From Negaprion brevirostris (taxonomy: Eukaryota): a DNA stretch of 64,000 nucleotides. Each line of letters starts with the position of its first letter. The stretch's first letter is position 1. Both the position numbers and the translations under genes were made by a program. The stretch lies in NCBI GenBank assembly GCA_030324005.1, contig JARDVH010000132.1, forward strand, positions 74,193,702 through 74,257,701. Direction: 5' to 3'. Shown piece by piece: positions 12,690-26,149 of the stretch. The notes under the pieces were generated by a model. That model was not told where the DNA came from and did no database searches. It was given only the letters and a program-made list of their open reading frames with translations.

Positions 12690-14700
12690 AGAATGCACAT
12701 AGCATTCATAAAAAAACTGATGATTTGAATTCACAAATTGTGGTAAATGGGTATGATTAAATTGCAATTACAGATATGCGGCTACAGAGTAAGCAAGATT
12801 GGGAACTAAATGTCCAAGGATATTCGGCGTTTTGGAGGGATAGATAAGAAGTTTGTAAGTAACTCTAATAATAAGGATGAGATTAGTACAGTGGGAAGAC
12901 AGGATCTCAGATTGAACGACCAAGATGTTGGATAAATTTGGGTGGAGCTAAGAAATACCAAGGAGCAGCAAATATTGATGGCAGTTGTTTATAGGCCACC
13001 AAATTGTAGAGGTAATGTTGGGCATAGTATAAATCAGGGAATTAGAGATGCATGTAACATCCGTAATGATGGTGACTTCAATTCACAAGTAGACTGGATT
13101 AATCAAATCAGCATCAATGCTCTGGAAGAGAAAATCCTGGAGTGTGTATGAGTTTGATTTCTGGAGCAGAACATTAAGGACCCAACTAGAAATTGGGATA
13201 TTTGGATTAATATCTGAAATGAGAAAGGGATAATTCATATNNNNNNNNAAAGGAGCCTTTGGGAAATAGTGAGCATAATATGATAGAATTTTGCGTAAAT
13301 TTGAATATGATACAGTTCACTCTGAAACCAGGGTCTTAAATCTGAAGAAAGGAGATTATGAAGGTGTGAGAGCAAGTTGGTTGTGGGGATTGGAAAAATA
13401 TATTAAAAGGTTCGATAGAAGATAGGTAATGGTTTGTATTCAAAGAACTACTACGTAGTCAATCATAGATAACATTCCTCTAATGCACAAGCTCCCAAGG
13501 GGAAAGGCAAATCACTGTGATTAACCAGATAAGTTAAAGATTGCAATAAATTGAAGGAAATGGGTTATAAGGATGCCAGAAAAAGTGGTAAGCCTGAGGA
13601 TTAGGAGTAAGTTAGAACCCAGCAAAGGAAGGCCAAGAAACTGACTAAGAAAGGGAAAAGGGAATATAAATGCAAAGTAGCGAGAAACTTAAGGAACTGT
13701 AAGTGCTCCTTTAGGTACCTGAAAAGGAAAAGATCAGCTAAGAAAATCTTGGACTCATTACGGGTAGGCATAAGAAAATTTATAGTGGAGAACAGGGAAA
13801 CAAAACAGTTTCTTTGTGTCTGTCTTCACAGAAGATGATAAAATCCCGCAGAAATACTAGGCAGCCAAGGGACTTGTGAATCTAAGGAACTAAAAGAAAT
13901 CAGTATTGGAAAAGAGGTAGTACTTGAAAAATTAACTGGAATGAAAGTTGATAAATCCCTTGGACCAGATGAGCTTCACCCAGAGTATTGAATGAGGTGA
14001 CTAAGAGATCATGGATGCGTTGGTGGTTATCTTTTTAAATTCTTTAGATCTGGAAAAATTCCTGCAAACTAGAAATTAATAAATGTAACCCCACTATTTA
14101 AGAAGGGAGGAAAATGGAGAATGGAGAACCACTGACATATTAGTTTGATGTCAGTAGTAAGGAAAATGTTAGAATCTATTATTAAGGATGTGATAATTGG
14201 ATATTTAGGAGGGAATGGTAAAATTGGGCACAGCCAATATGGTTGTGCAAAAGGGAAATCATGTTTGTCAAACTTGTTGGGGATTTTTGAGGCTATTACA
14301 TGTAGCATAGGTAAAGATGAACCAGTGGATGTGATTTTCGGAAGGCTTTTGATAAGGTCCCACCTAAGAGGTTAGTGACTATAATTAGAGCTCATGGGAT
14401 TTGTGTAAACATACGAGTATAGGTTGAGAATTGGTTATCAGACAGAAAGGAGAAAGTAAAAATAAACAGGTAATTCTCAGAATAATAGGCTGTTACTAGA
14501 AAGGTACCACAAGGATCTGTGCTAGGTCCACAGCTGTTTACAATCTATATAAATAATTTAGAAATGGAGACCAATTGTAACATTTCCAAATTTGTGGCCA
14601 TGTAAGGTGTCAGGAAGGTGCAAGGAGACTTCAAGAGGAATTAGACAGGCTGTGAATGGGTTAGAGCATGGCAGATGGAGTATAATGTGAATAAGCAATG
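12690..14700 (+). mobile_element. CR1 LINE ORF2 remnant (APE endonuclease + reverse transcriptase)
   Basis: AITD, MAVVYRPPN, GDFN, LGNSEHN, GPDELHPRVL, SQYGCAKGKSCLSNL, KAFDKVP, VPQGSVLGPQLFTIYINNL; many stops and frameshifts. Confidence 0.93.
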
Positions 14701-14864
14701 AAAAATGGTTTCCAAAGTTTGATAAGGCCAGAACAAGGGGTCATTAGGCTCAGAATTATGGCAGAAGGGAGTTGCAGGAAATTGGAAAAATGTTTTATTA
14801 AAATTCTTACTGACTAAGGGATGCATTATTCCAAGTAATTNNNNNNNNNNNNNNNNNNNNNNNN

Positions 14865-15122
14865 ATGTGGATAGCACTGGTGAGGTCAACATTTATTTCC
14901 AACATTCAAGTTTATTTGGGAAGGTGGTGGTGAGCCACCTTCTTGAACTGCCGCAGTCCACTTCATTTAGATACATCTACAGTTCTGATAGAGAGGGAAC
15001 TCCAGGAATCTGACCCTGCAATAGTAAGGAAATGGCAATAAGTTAAAAGTCAGGATGGTGCATGACTTGGAGGGAAACTTGTAGGTAATGGTGTTTTCAT
15101 GCATTTGCTGCCGATGTCCTTC
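14865..15122 (-). mobile_element. LINE 3' end (same family as 12435-12658)
   Basis: gaaggtggtggtgagccaccttcttgaactgccgcagtcc...ccaggaatctgaccc...gacttggagggaaacttg. Confidence 0.75.
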
Positions 15123-15540
15123 CTCAGAGGAGGAAATGAATGAAGCGACAACTACGACGTTATAATAAATCAGCTTGCCAAAAACAGATAAATTTTCAGG
15201 AAAATATGCGCTGTATGATAAAACAATAAACATATTGTCATATTGTCTTCACTAAATTTTCTGGCTAGCATAGATAACACTGAAAATGGGAGTGCATTCC
15301 GCTTTGATTACAAATAACTTTTTGGATAATTTCAAAAGATGCAATGTGATAATTCAAAACTATCTTTTCAATTTTCTTGAGAAAATAAACAAAAGGTAGA
15401 TTCAGGTTGGAAGAGGCAACTTTGATCCCTGATCAGGCTAACTTTATCACAAAAGGAACGCTAGCTTGGAAGTCTGTACTTCTGATTGTAATAACACACA
15501 TATGATTCTAAGTCACATGTACCCGTGACATTGGAAGTGG

Positions 15541-15742
15541 TCTGGTTTCCTCCCACAGTCCAAAGATGTGCGGGTTAGGTTGATTGGCCATGCTAAAATT
15601 CCCCTTAGTGTCCTGAGATGCGTAGGTTAAAGGAATTAGTGGGTAAATATATCAGGATATGGGGATAGAGCCTGGGTGGGATTGTGGTCGGTGCAGACTT
15701 GATGGGCCAGATGGTCTCCTTCTGCACTATGATTCTATGATA
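15541..15742 (+). mobile_element. HE1-like SINE, 3' half
   Basis: ggtttcctcccacagtccaaagatgtgcgggttaggttgattggccatgctaaa...cttctgcactatgattctatga. Confidence 0.88.
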
Positions 15743-17329
15743 TGGTCATTTCTGGCCTTGTAACTCAACGTGCTTAAGATTTCAGTTGTGCCTAAAGAGA
15801 ATATTACATTCCACAATAGCTCCTGCATTAACAAGTTTCTCAAAACTTATCTGCTTACAGGGGTTGGAAAGTTTAAAATGAGGTGGTCACTTGAGACTCA
15901 TTACTGTTAATGGCTTGTTCAAAAACCAGGTGAGGCTCTGCATATCCTACAAGTCACCACACCTGTCTATTTGAACTGTATGGGAATTCCCTACACAGTT
16001 AATTAAAGGATTCTGCTAAAGAAATACTTTAAGCAATTATGAAAAAGGCAACTTTGATTGAAACTTTTTATTACAAGATGTAAAATATCTTGCAAAAAAT
16101 AATTGATAGTGAAAACTAAATACATGCATGAATTTATTTAATCAGAAATAGTGCTTGAGAAATGGAAGGAGTTTTCATTATGTTGTCATGCTGTGCCTAG
16201 TTGGTCATGACACTCCTCAGGCTAAGGTGGATAACAAACCATTCAGACCTCCACAACATGAGTTTTACCTCCCGTACTCCAGCTACATAATTCGCTCTGT
16301 GGAACTTGATAGCTGACCACTGGCCAGAGTGCAATTGAAAGAGCAGGATGCTGCTCCCTAGGGAGATAAGGAACAGTCTACTGCACTCAGTTGATTGGGG
16401 CTGGGTGTCTGGAGAGCAGCATAGTTCAGGGAAAGTAAACCCAGGATGAGGAGGCCTAATTGTTGATTATGTGTGTGGAGGAGCACTCCTGATTTTCCTG
16501 GTCCATGAGTCTAGAAAAAGAAACCTCTCCTTTCTGGACGTTTCCTGGTTCTGAGTTTACTTGCTACCGTGGCTACCTGAGGTGAGTGAGGGAGGTAGCG
16601 GACTCAACAACAGCAACATCCCCCCACATGGCTCAGGTTAAAACTTCAATCAGGCCTCATTGGTGCCCAGCCTGCATCTTGATCTCACTTGTCCAAAAGA
16701 GCAGTTTAAGACTGCAACCTACATCAAGCTATATTGTTCTTTTTCATCTTGACTGACAGGTTACCATTTCTAGATGGAGTACTGCAATATATTGAATGGG
16801 AGAAAAGTTTTCTCTACAAAGTAATCGATTGGTGTGAATTACCAGGGCAAGCAGCACTCCTTGTGTAGCTTCCTACATTGATACTATTGAACAGATTTCT
16901 CTTCCATTGTGTTAGACTCTAATATAACAGTAAAAGATTCAAGAACATTTCTTAAATGTTTTTGGCCATATGCTATGAAGAAATACATCTTCCTTCTCAG
17001 ACTGTGAGATGTTATGAACACGTGAAATAATACCTTATAAGTAGATACCTTATAGGTAGATAGGCAGATACCTTATAAACCTTAAGGGTAGATAGGCAGA
17101 AAAGCAACAATATGATAATGTAATCAACAAATATTCTAGCTACTTGCCTGTCTTTATTCAGTGCAAGTCATAAACTTGCAACATCATTCATTCGCGATTA
17201 GGGCACGTTGGAAACATTTAATGACAATTTAGAAATGGTGATACGGGCAGAAGCCAGTGACTGAAGGCTTTACAAGTCATTCTTATTATTGAGGAGATGA
17301 TGGAGGTGATTTTGAACATTGACCCAAGA

Positions 17330-17470
17330 AATATTTTGGTAGGAAGAATGAGGAGGGGCAATATAAGCTAAATGGTAGATTTTAAAAGGGTTACAGGAAC
17401 TGAGAGACACTAGGATTATTTACACAAATGTTCAGCTGAGAAAAAGAAAGGTTTATGGGATCCTTGGTAA
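17330..17470 (+). mobile_element. Short internal CR1 ORF2 fragment
   Basis: FGRKNEEGQYKLNG motif from the region after the RT domain. Confidence 0.55.
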
Positions 17471-18859
17471 GAAGTCATTCCCTTCTAAATCATTGGTTCA
17501 GGCACCAGCTGAAATATTTATTTTATTTATTCATGGGACGTGGGCATCATTGGCAAGGCCAGCAAATATTGCCCATCACTAACTGCCCATGAAAACAGGA
17601 CATAGATGGGATTGTGATTAGAAAGATTGAAGCTCCCACTTATAGCAAGCTTGAGTGTTTGCTGCCTATTGTAAAGACTGCTTGAAAATTATGTCAGACA
17701 GACCTCTAACTACAAATTGGTTGCTATATTTTTCTTTCTTTTTTTTAAACTGACAAGCATCCAATTTATTCTGTTAAATGGGATGAGCTTCAGTTGATGT
17801 TCACCTTCAATATGTTGATTCATAATCTAAAAAACAGAGTCAATTGTTGTTTCATTTTTCACTTGAATCACAAATTTGCTGAACAAACATCCACTTGTAC
17901 AATTAATGCTATGCCAATTAACTGCTTGAACAATGAGTTGAACAAAGATTTGATTTGGGATAAGTCAAGGATCACAAGAATAAATACAGGTAGTGATGAT
18001 GAAACTGGATGATTCCAAGCTGACAAGAACATTGGAAATGCCATGATAAAGAGGGCAACCAGTTAAGGATGAACAAAGCCAGAAGAAAACATTCTGGATG
18101 ATTGCTTTAATTACCAGAAGGAATGTAATCCTTTCGCAAAAGATGAAACGGGCAGGACACAATCCCCTTACAGAACAGATTGAACATGATTTGTGATGAC
18201 AATGAAGCAGTTCCACTTCCAACAGTGGGACAAGTTCATTCACCACTGACAACTTTTCAGTAAACCACATAATAACATTCACACTTACAGGAACATAAAG
18301 ACAGGAGCATGGCATTCCGCCTAACCTGTGAAAACCGTTCCTATAAATTAACTCCTTTAGTCCATGTATTACTGATGACCTGCAACATTTGGAATAGCAT
18401 AATCCACTGTAAATTTGGATTATTAATTTTTAAGTTTCACTTACCAATGGATTAAAAAATAATGTCATTTTAACTGATAACTTATTGTATAATTCCTGAT
18501 GGATAGGTGTGAGGAACTGTCATCACAAAAATGCAAGTTTGATTTATTGTCTCAGCTTTTTTTACTCAAAGCCTCAAGCATCAATAATGAGCAAATGAGT
18601 TGGTGGTCTTTCACCATTGATCAGGCACAACCGTTGGCACCTGTAATGCGCACATCTTTTGATCTCAGGTCTTGACTATTCTGTTATTAGGAGCTTGTCT
18701 CGGCATTCCCTGGTTTGCTGCTCTAGAAGAGATCTTACTGGAAGCAATGTTCAGTCAAATACCTTCATTTACATCTCTAACCATTTAAAGGTTATAGAAC
18801 ACTGGGACACAGCTACAGCTGCTCCCTGGGGTGCCTCTCATACATCTTCACTCCATGAG

Positions 18860-20420
18860 TAAAATTGCCACGACATAGCTCCTTATGCACAAGTTCAACA
18901 GCTGTCCTTTTATCTTTCACTCAACACCTCTCCCTAAGTTTTTAACTTCATATTATATACATATCCTCCTACATCTTCCCCCAAAATCTCTACTTTAGAG
19001 AGGACAGTCTCTGATGCTTTCACCTGTCTTCCTGAATGAGTGTGAATCTACTTGTGTCGTAAGAATCTGTTTACTCTGAGGTTGGTTCCTGGCAGATTGA
19101 TTTGTTACACAGTCTTCAATTTACCCAAGCCTTTAAAGATTGTGGGGAATTCCCTTCCAAGTTCATTATCTTGTATTTGTGCGTTGACTTCACCTACCTT
19201 TATAAGCAGGTTCAGAGCTGTGCAGGCTTTTCTACTCAACAAAGAGCATTCTTGATTCTGAATAATGTATAATGTTTCAAAGATTCCCCTATCTTTGTAT
19301 TTTATTCTTGCATCCTCCTGGATGTTGGAGTTGAATAAAGGAAAGTTAATATTCAGCCATGAAACTCTGTCAGATAAAACTGAGACTCTAGCTCTTGCGT
19401 CCAGTTTGAATTCAGTGAGATGCCTATTTTACTACACTGTTAGCACTCCGGTACTTCTCCCTAGATGGTGATTTCCTTGTAATCAAGGTCTGTTTGAAGG
19501 TTCCTGCGACAGATTTCTTGTGAAGATGAGATTTTCTGGAATGAGAGACTGCTTTAAAATGGTCTATCTTGCCCTATCCATGGCAATGTGGAATTCATAC
19601 GGGGCATCCTTCCTGCCTGTGGATCTTCTTCCCTCATCTTGAATTCAAACTGGATGCAAGAGCTAGGGTCACAGTTTTAACTGACAGTTTCATGGCTGAA
19701 CAAAGCAAATGTTGACTAGAAAAGCCTGCAAAAGCTCTGGACATCTTTCCCACCACAGTAGGGATGTCAGGTAAATGCAGTTAGTGCCTTTCCAGGATGG
19801 TTCTTTGGCTACTGTCTTGCTGTACTTTTGGTTTCACAATCCACAAATTTAATGACTTAATTGGACTGTTCCTGCTGGAATTCCCTTGGGCAAAGTACAA
19901 AGAAAGACCTTATTCTGACTTTGATTTTCGGCTTGTCTGGCTAGTTGTACTGCTTTATTCAGAGTTAAATATTTCCAAGATTGTAAAACATGAGAGAGGT
20001 TTTCATCTAAAATACCAATGGTTAATCTACCTTTGATTAAATTGTCTTTTAATGTTCTCTATTCTCAATTGCCAGCTAGGCATTGATCAATGACTCAATC
20101 CCTTAACCCTGTTTTTGGCTGCATCAATTGCATTTTGTCCTCTCTACCAAAATATTATTATGGAGACTAAAGTATGTATCAGACGCTCTGGTATATCCTC
20201 ATAGGAGACTGTACCTTCATTCATCCACTGTCCAGCTAGCATGCCGTCTGCAATGCCCCCAACACCATACAGCAAAATGCTATTTTTGTCTTTGTTATTT
20301 TTACTTACAAGACCTGAAACGTTAGGACATTAGGTGAAATGCCATGGCCAAAGTTGCCATTATTCAGCTTGGGACTTTCAATATTTTGAAATGAATCTGG
20401 TAGGGGTAGCCATTTCTCTC
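18860..20420 (-). mobile_element. Decayed Ty3/Gypsy gag-protease region
   Basis: Minus strand: gag-like LKDNLIKGRLTIGILDENLSHVLQS..LTLNKAVQLARQAE; protease-like FKLDARARVSVLSD (cf. FKLDTGA); LLSRKACTALNLL; EFPTIFKGLGKL. Confidence 0.8.
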
Positions 20421-20775
20421 CCCCGATTGAGGTTGCCTTTCCCGCATTGCTGATCTTGCCAGTTGCTAGGCTGCCCTTGTTATTTGGTTGTCTGTAAGGT
20501 GGTTGCTGACTTGGTCACTAAGTCTTTCACCTGCTGCTTTGCACTGCTGGGTTTCTCTTTAGGTTTTTCCTGCGGTTTCCTACTGTCCCTCTGTGGGTTT
20601 AGTCACTGTTGTTACCGTCTGTTATCGTGGGTTTGTCCTGATTAGTGTGTGACGCATCTCCTATGGTGTTGAGGTNNNNNNNNNNNNNNNNNNNNNNNNN
20701 NNNNNNNNNNNNNNNNNNNNNNNNNNNNNNNNNNNNNNNNNNNNNNNNNNNNNNNNNNNNNNNNNNNNNNNNNNN

Positions 20776-20945
20776 TGTAAGTAACTGCACAAATCAAAAG
20801 GGAAGCCTTAGGGATTATCTTTGGAATAAAAATATCCACCAATTCCTGTATGGAAGAAAGTTCATACTGTTGATGGACCATCATCCATATTTCTGGTCCA
20901 TATACAGGAATTCTGACACTTATAGCCCCCTCCAGTGCAGGAAGA
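20776..20945 (+). mobile_element. Ty3/Gypsy RNase H fragment
   Basis: SLGIIFGIK / NIHQFLYGRKFILLMDHHP, matching the Gypsy RNase H motif F..YLYG..F.L.TDH.P. Confidence 0.8.
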
Positions 20946-22639
20946 AATGTCTCTGGCAGGATGGACGGTCTGGGGCCAAAGGCCATAAGCAGCAGCAGGT
21001 TGAAGCAGGAGTCAGAGAAATCAGCCTGGGGCCAACATCGGGGCCTGGAGACCAGGAGAGGGGAACTAGAGCAGGCGTCCAGTTGCCTCGCGACCAGGAG
21101 GATGATCTGAAAGGTGCAGAATCTACCTCCTCCCGACCCTCATTCTCCACTGAAGCTATTGTTCATGCGTGAGTGTGAGATACTTCAGTTCATGTGCCAA
21201 GGGGATGGGCAGGAGGAATGTATGGGTGCACACAGGTTCTCAGCTTTGTTTCTCCATAGTGCTTGAAGTCCAATTTTAAGCCCAAGCCCAGAAGGTGGGG
21301 AATGGGGAGGTAAAGAGAAAGGGTTTGGGATGACAACCTGGCACCCCACGTCTCGAAATACACCAGCTCTCATTGTTTAACGAGCAAGTCATAGTACCGC
21401 TGATGTGAAACAACTTTGAGTACTCAATGGGTTTTCTGTGCTTTAAGGTGTCAAGCAATGGTTGCTAAATTTAAAAAGTTAATTTCTTTAAGATAAGGTT
21501 TCACACGTATATATTTATAGGCTTGAAACAGGTGGAGTGAAAGATCACTGTGCTGGATCTTCCCTGCATTCCAACTGCTTAAATCTTGCATTGCAGGGAA
21601 AAGCAGGGGAAAGGAGATAGAGCACGAGGAATGAGAGCAGAGAATGAAAAGATGGGATAGCTGTTGAAGCAAGGAAGGGAAGGGGGGATAATGGATCAGA
21701 GTTATGATAGGAAAGCAAGAAACAAATTGGCAAAAGAAGGAAGAAGGAGAAGAAGAGTGGGGGGGGGGGGGGAATTAACCTGACTCCAACTGCGACCATT
21801 TCTCCTGCAATCTAACTAGTCGCCTCTTGTTTTGTTTTTAACCTCCTGCTGCTTCCCTCTCCTCCATATCTTCTCTTTCTCTCCTCTTCCATATTCTAAC
21901 GCTTTCTATTCCTGCTCCTTCCTCCTTCTCTCTTCTCCCAAATACCTCTACCATTCCTCTTCTTTCCCCACCCCCTCCATCCCTCTTCCCACCTTGCCAT
22001 CCTCCATCCTGATCCTTTCCTCCCAAACTCCATTTGAACTAAAATTTCCACCTGGTATTTACNNNNNNNNNNNNNNNNNNNNNNNNNNNNNNNNNNNNNN
22101 NNNNNNNNNNNNNNNNNNNNNNNNNNNNNNNNNNNNNNNNNNNNNNNNNNNNNNNNNNNNNNTGAAATACCAAAGGAAATCAACTGCATGTTTTCAAATA
22201 CAACCTGGTGTTGTGAAACTTCTTACTGTGGTTTCAAATAATCAGGAAGGGTGAATGAGGCAGGTGCTTTCAGATCAAAACCACTGATGGCCAGGACAAA
22301 GGTGTTTAAGGTTCTCTGTTAATGGCAAATTTAGGTTAACAAGCAACTTAATTCAGCAACATAGATTTAAAGCAATATCTGTTCTCACCTTGAGATGAGA
22401 ATAGTACACCTACATTTCTGTTGAGACTGTTTCTCAGTCTCAATCGTATCCTGCACATTCTGTCTGTATGAATTCCACTCCTGAGCTAAAGTCAAGTCTT
22501 AAATGCATATGTAACATCTTTTTGATATCTTCTTCCCTGGAAATTAGACTCCCCCTCCCCCAATTTATACACCACAACAAAGAGACACCCATCCCAACTT
22601 TGTTAGCTTCAACTTGCACTGCAGCAACAGTTGCCAGGA

Positions 22640-23110
22640 TTCAAGGAGAGCATGTCCTACCAAACTGAATATCTCAACAAAATGTCAAAAATGTACAAGG
22701 AAATAAAAGTCCACAGGATATCAAAGGCACATTGGAGACATTGGTGTCTTGGAGTTGGAAGTACACAATTTTGATGATGGCAGTATGGTTTGGCACTCAG
22801 TTCAGAGTTGATCAGAGCAACTAGATTGTGTACCATCTGCCTAGGTTTGAATGGAATCCAAAAAAAAGGAATAAACTCAGGAACTAGGGCACAGAGTTTC
22901 TGTTGGAGGCTGAACAGAATGGCTTTGACCTTGTCAATACTGAGCCACAAGTGTCNNNNNNNNNNNNNNNNNNNNNNNNNNNNNNNNNNNNNNNNNNNNN
23001 NNNNNNNNNNNNNNNNNNNNNNNNNNNNNNNNNNNNNNNNNNNNNNNNNNNNNNNCAAGTGTCAGTCTTCATCTTGCCAGGCTCCTGCTTTGTCCAAAAA
23101 TCCGATATGA
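22640..23110 (-). mobile_element. L2-like LINE ORF2 C-terminal remnant
   Basis: LSIDKVKAILFS..QKLCAL...QMVHNLVALINSELSAKPY...IIKIVYFQL resembles L2 LN.GKTEAI.F...VRNLGV.FD.ELSF..HI..I.K.AYFHL. Confidence 0.65.
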
Positions 23111-23290
23111 GTAAATGACATATTTTATAAAATGAATATTTATAACCTTCTAAACTCACCCATTCAATGTGAACAACTGAATCTATTCCATTTTTCAGGA
23201 TGGTGCCTCATCCTCATTTAAATCCAATGCATCTGTTGCATTCTTGGAGCACTTTGAGGGATTATTTTAACATACTTGCAATATCTTTCA

Positions 23291-23422
<132 letters not shown>

Positions 23423-23849
23423 TCATGGCAAAAAGTGCACCACAAGTGTTTTACTGTAATTAATAGAGCTTTTACAGTTTCAAGGCCACAAAATTTTGTG
23501 ACTTGTGTGCCAGACATTGAGGTGACAGTGCTCAATTTGACACTTTCAGCAGATTTGAATGAATTGTATTTGCACCAGTAGCTAGCCTAATGGAAAACAT
23601 GTACAAAACCTGAAGAGGAGCTTAAATGTAAGGAGATGAATGTACTTAAAGTATTTGAACAAATATTGATCTTGCCTTTATAAAGCTTCAAAGCTTGTTT
23701 GAAAAGTTTGCCAAGGCTGGGGGAAGGGTTGGAAAATAATGACAAGCAAAAATGAAGTGAAACAAAGCCTGAAGTATAGTTGAGTTCCAGCTTGATGGCT
23801 GGCAGGGTGAATGCACGGAGGGTTATCATATATGTAGAACTTCATAGTG

Positions 23850-24195
23850 CCCTGTGGCGGTACAGTGGTTAGCACTGCTGCCTCTCAGCTTCAGGGACCT
23901 GGGTTTGATTCCCAGCTTGGGTCACTGTCTATGTGGAGTTTGCACATTCTCCCCATGTCTGCATTGGTTTCCTCTGCACGTTCCAATTTCCTCCCACAGT
24001 CTCAAAATAAGGGTTAGCCATTCCAAAGATGTGTGGGTTAGGTTGATTGGTTATGCTAAATTGCCTTAGTATCCTGGGATGCATAGGTTTGCGGGATTAA
24101 CAGAGTAAGTATGTGGATCGGGCTTAGGTGAGATTTTTGTCAGTGCAGTCTCAATGGGCCAAATGGCTTCCTTCTGCACGGTAGGGTTTTTATGT
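23850..24195 (+). mobile_element. HE1-like V-SINE, full length
   Basis: cagtggttagcactgctgcc, gggtttgattccc, V-core, and tail aatggcttccttctgcacggtaggg. Confidence 0.9.
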
Positions 24196-24344
24196 TTCAC
24201 AGAGGACAGAATGTAACCAGGCTCAACAATATATGCAGTAATGGGTACCACCTACACTGTTGAACCTGTGAAATGTCTTGTCTCCTCCCAACCTTGCTGA
24301 AAGTAAAGTAATGAAGATGTTGGTCCTTGCTAACAGTTACTACA

Positions 24345-25477
24345 GGGGCAATTCTCCTGAAAAAATTCTAAGTGTCAAATTCGCAGAAAAACTGGAGTAA
24401 TTCACGCTGGTTTTTTCAGTGTGAGTTTCAAAATAAACCTCCCACACTTGAAATCTCCCACACACTGACGTGAATCTCACTGAAAATCAGTGGGCTATTC
24501 CCACTGGAGAGGGCAGCAGCATAGTGCTGAGTGGGCCACTGCGCATGTGCCAATCTGTCAGTGCTGCGATCAGCGCACGAGCTCTGCCGGCCCCCCAGTT
24601 GCTGGTCAGCTCGGTCACTGGCCAGCCCTGCGACCCCTGCATCTCTGGCCGTGCGTCCCCCATCACCTGAGTGCTGACCCCTGGATGTGTTCGGGCAGGC
24701 TCATCCCGACCATACCCCACTCCGACCCCCCCAGCAGGCTGGCCCTCCCCCACCCTGATACCCNNNNNNNNNNNNNNNNNNNNNNNNNNNNNNNNNNNNN
24801 NNNNNNNNNNNNNNNNNNNNNNNNNNNNNNNNNNNNNNNNNNNNNNNNNNNNNNNNNNNNNNNAGGCTGGCCCTCCCCCACCCTGATACCCAGCCTAGAT
24901 CACTGGCTTCTCTCCTTCTGTCACTCAGCCCAAGTACAGGAGCCCCCACACCCACCAATCGCCCTCCCCAGAGACCCTGCCTCCCACATTAGGCCCCACC
25001 CACTTGGCACTGCCCAATACCTGGTGGGCAGTGCCAAGGTGTCCTCCAGCATTGGCACTTCTCTCCTTGGGCACTGCTAGGGGCTCCAGACTGGCAATGC
25101 CTTTGGGGCACCCTTCTGATGCCCGACCCTCTGGGGGGCCTTGACTGCCCTGCCTTACTCCAGCGGGTGGGGCTGCCAGCTCTCCACAAGTGGAGAGTTA
25201 TAGTACACCCCGCTGGAGCGAACTACTCCTGGCTGAGGTGGTGAATTGCTAGCGGGTCCAGATGATTTCAGCCCCAGGCCTGCTAATAAGGTGGAAGTTA
25301 TATTATAATGAGAATTAACATAATTTATGAAGCTCTACGCCGATTCTTGGGGTGGAGCTGACAGCACCGGAAATCCGGCTTGTGAAGGACGTGGCACCCC
25401 GTGGGGGGCCCGTGAAATAGCCTCCGCTTGAGTCTCCCGGCCTGCCGTCCTACAAAAACACAGTGAGATAGGAGAAT
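24345..25477. mobile_element. GC-rich non-autonomous DNA element (Harbinger-like) with an internal minisatellite at a gap
   Basis: Ends ggggcaattctcct / aggagaat (8-bp inverted core). GC-rich body. The 28-bp unit aggctggccctcccccaccctgataccc occurs on both sides of a 100-N gap. Confidence 0.6.
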
Positions 25478-25504
25478 AAATTGATATACATCGCTACTTA
25501 TGTT

Positions 25505-25950
25505 CAAGAGAATGATCCCAGGAACGAAAAGCTTGAAGTTTGAGGAGCGTCTGAGGATTCTCTATACTTGCTTGAATTTAGAAGGATGAGAGTGGATCTC
25601 ATTGAATCTTACAGGATATTGAAAGTCCTGGATAGAGTGGATATGAAAAATATTTTTCTATTAGTGGGCGAGACTAGGATCCAAGGGCACAGCCTCAAAA
25701 TAAAGGTGAGAAGTTATTTTTTCAACTGGCGACTGGGGAACCTATGGAATTCGTTGCCACAGGAGACTGTGGAGGCCAGGTCACTGAGTATATTTAAGAC
25801 AGAGATAAATAGGTTCTTGATTCATAAGAAGATCAAAGGTTATGGGAAAAAGGCAGGAAAATTGGGTTGAGATACTTACCAGCCATAACTGAATGGCAGA
25901 GCAGGCTTGATGGGCCAAATGGCCTAATTCTGCTCCTATATCTTATATTC
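25505..25950 (+). mobile_element. CR1 LINE 3' fragment
   Basis: LEFRRMRVDLIESYRILKVLDRVD...GHSLKI...NLWNSLPQ, followed by the typical 3' UTR gcaggcttgatgggccaaatggcct. Confidence 0.9.
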
Positions 25951-26149
25951 TTGAAAGGATCCAATAGAATGAATGCATAATGCACATTCAAGGGATGATC
26001 CAGCTCTCTGGTACTGGTTATGTGCAAGTCAGTCTGGCAAAACTCTACGATAACAACTTATGTGAAGAAGGGGCTGAAAATAAGGCCTGTTGTGAAATGT
26101 TAATGTAGCTGGCGAAAGGCTCTTCTGTACATCCTGGGGTATTGATAGT

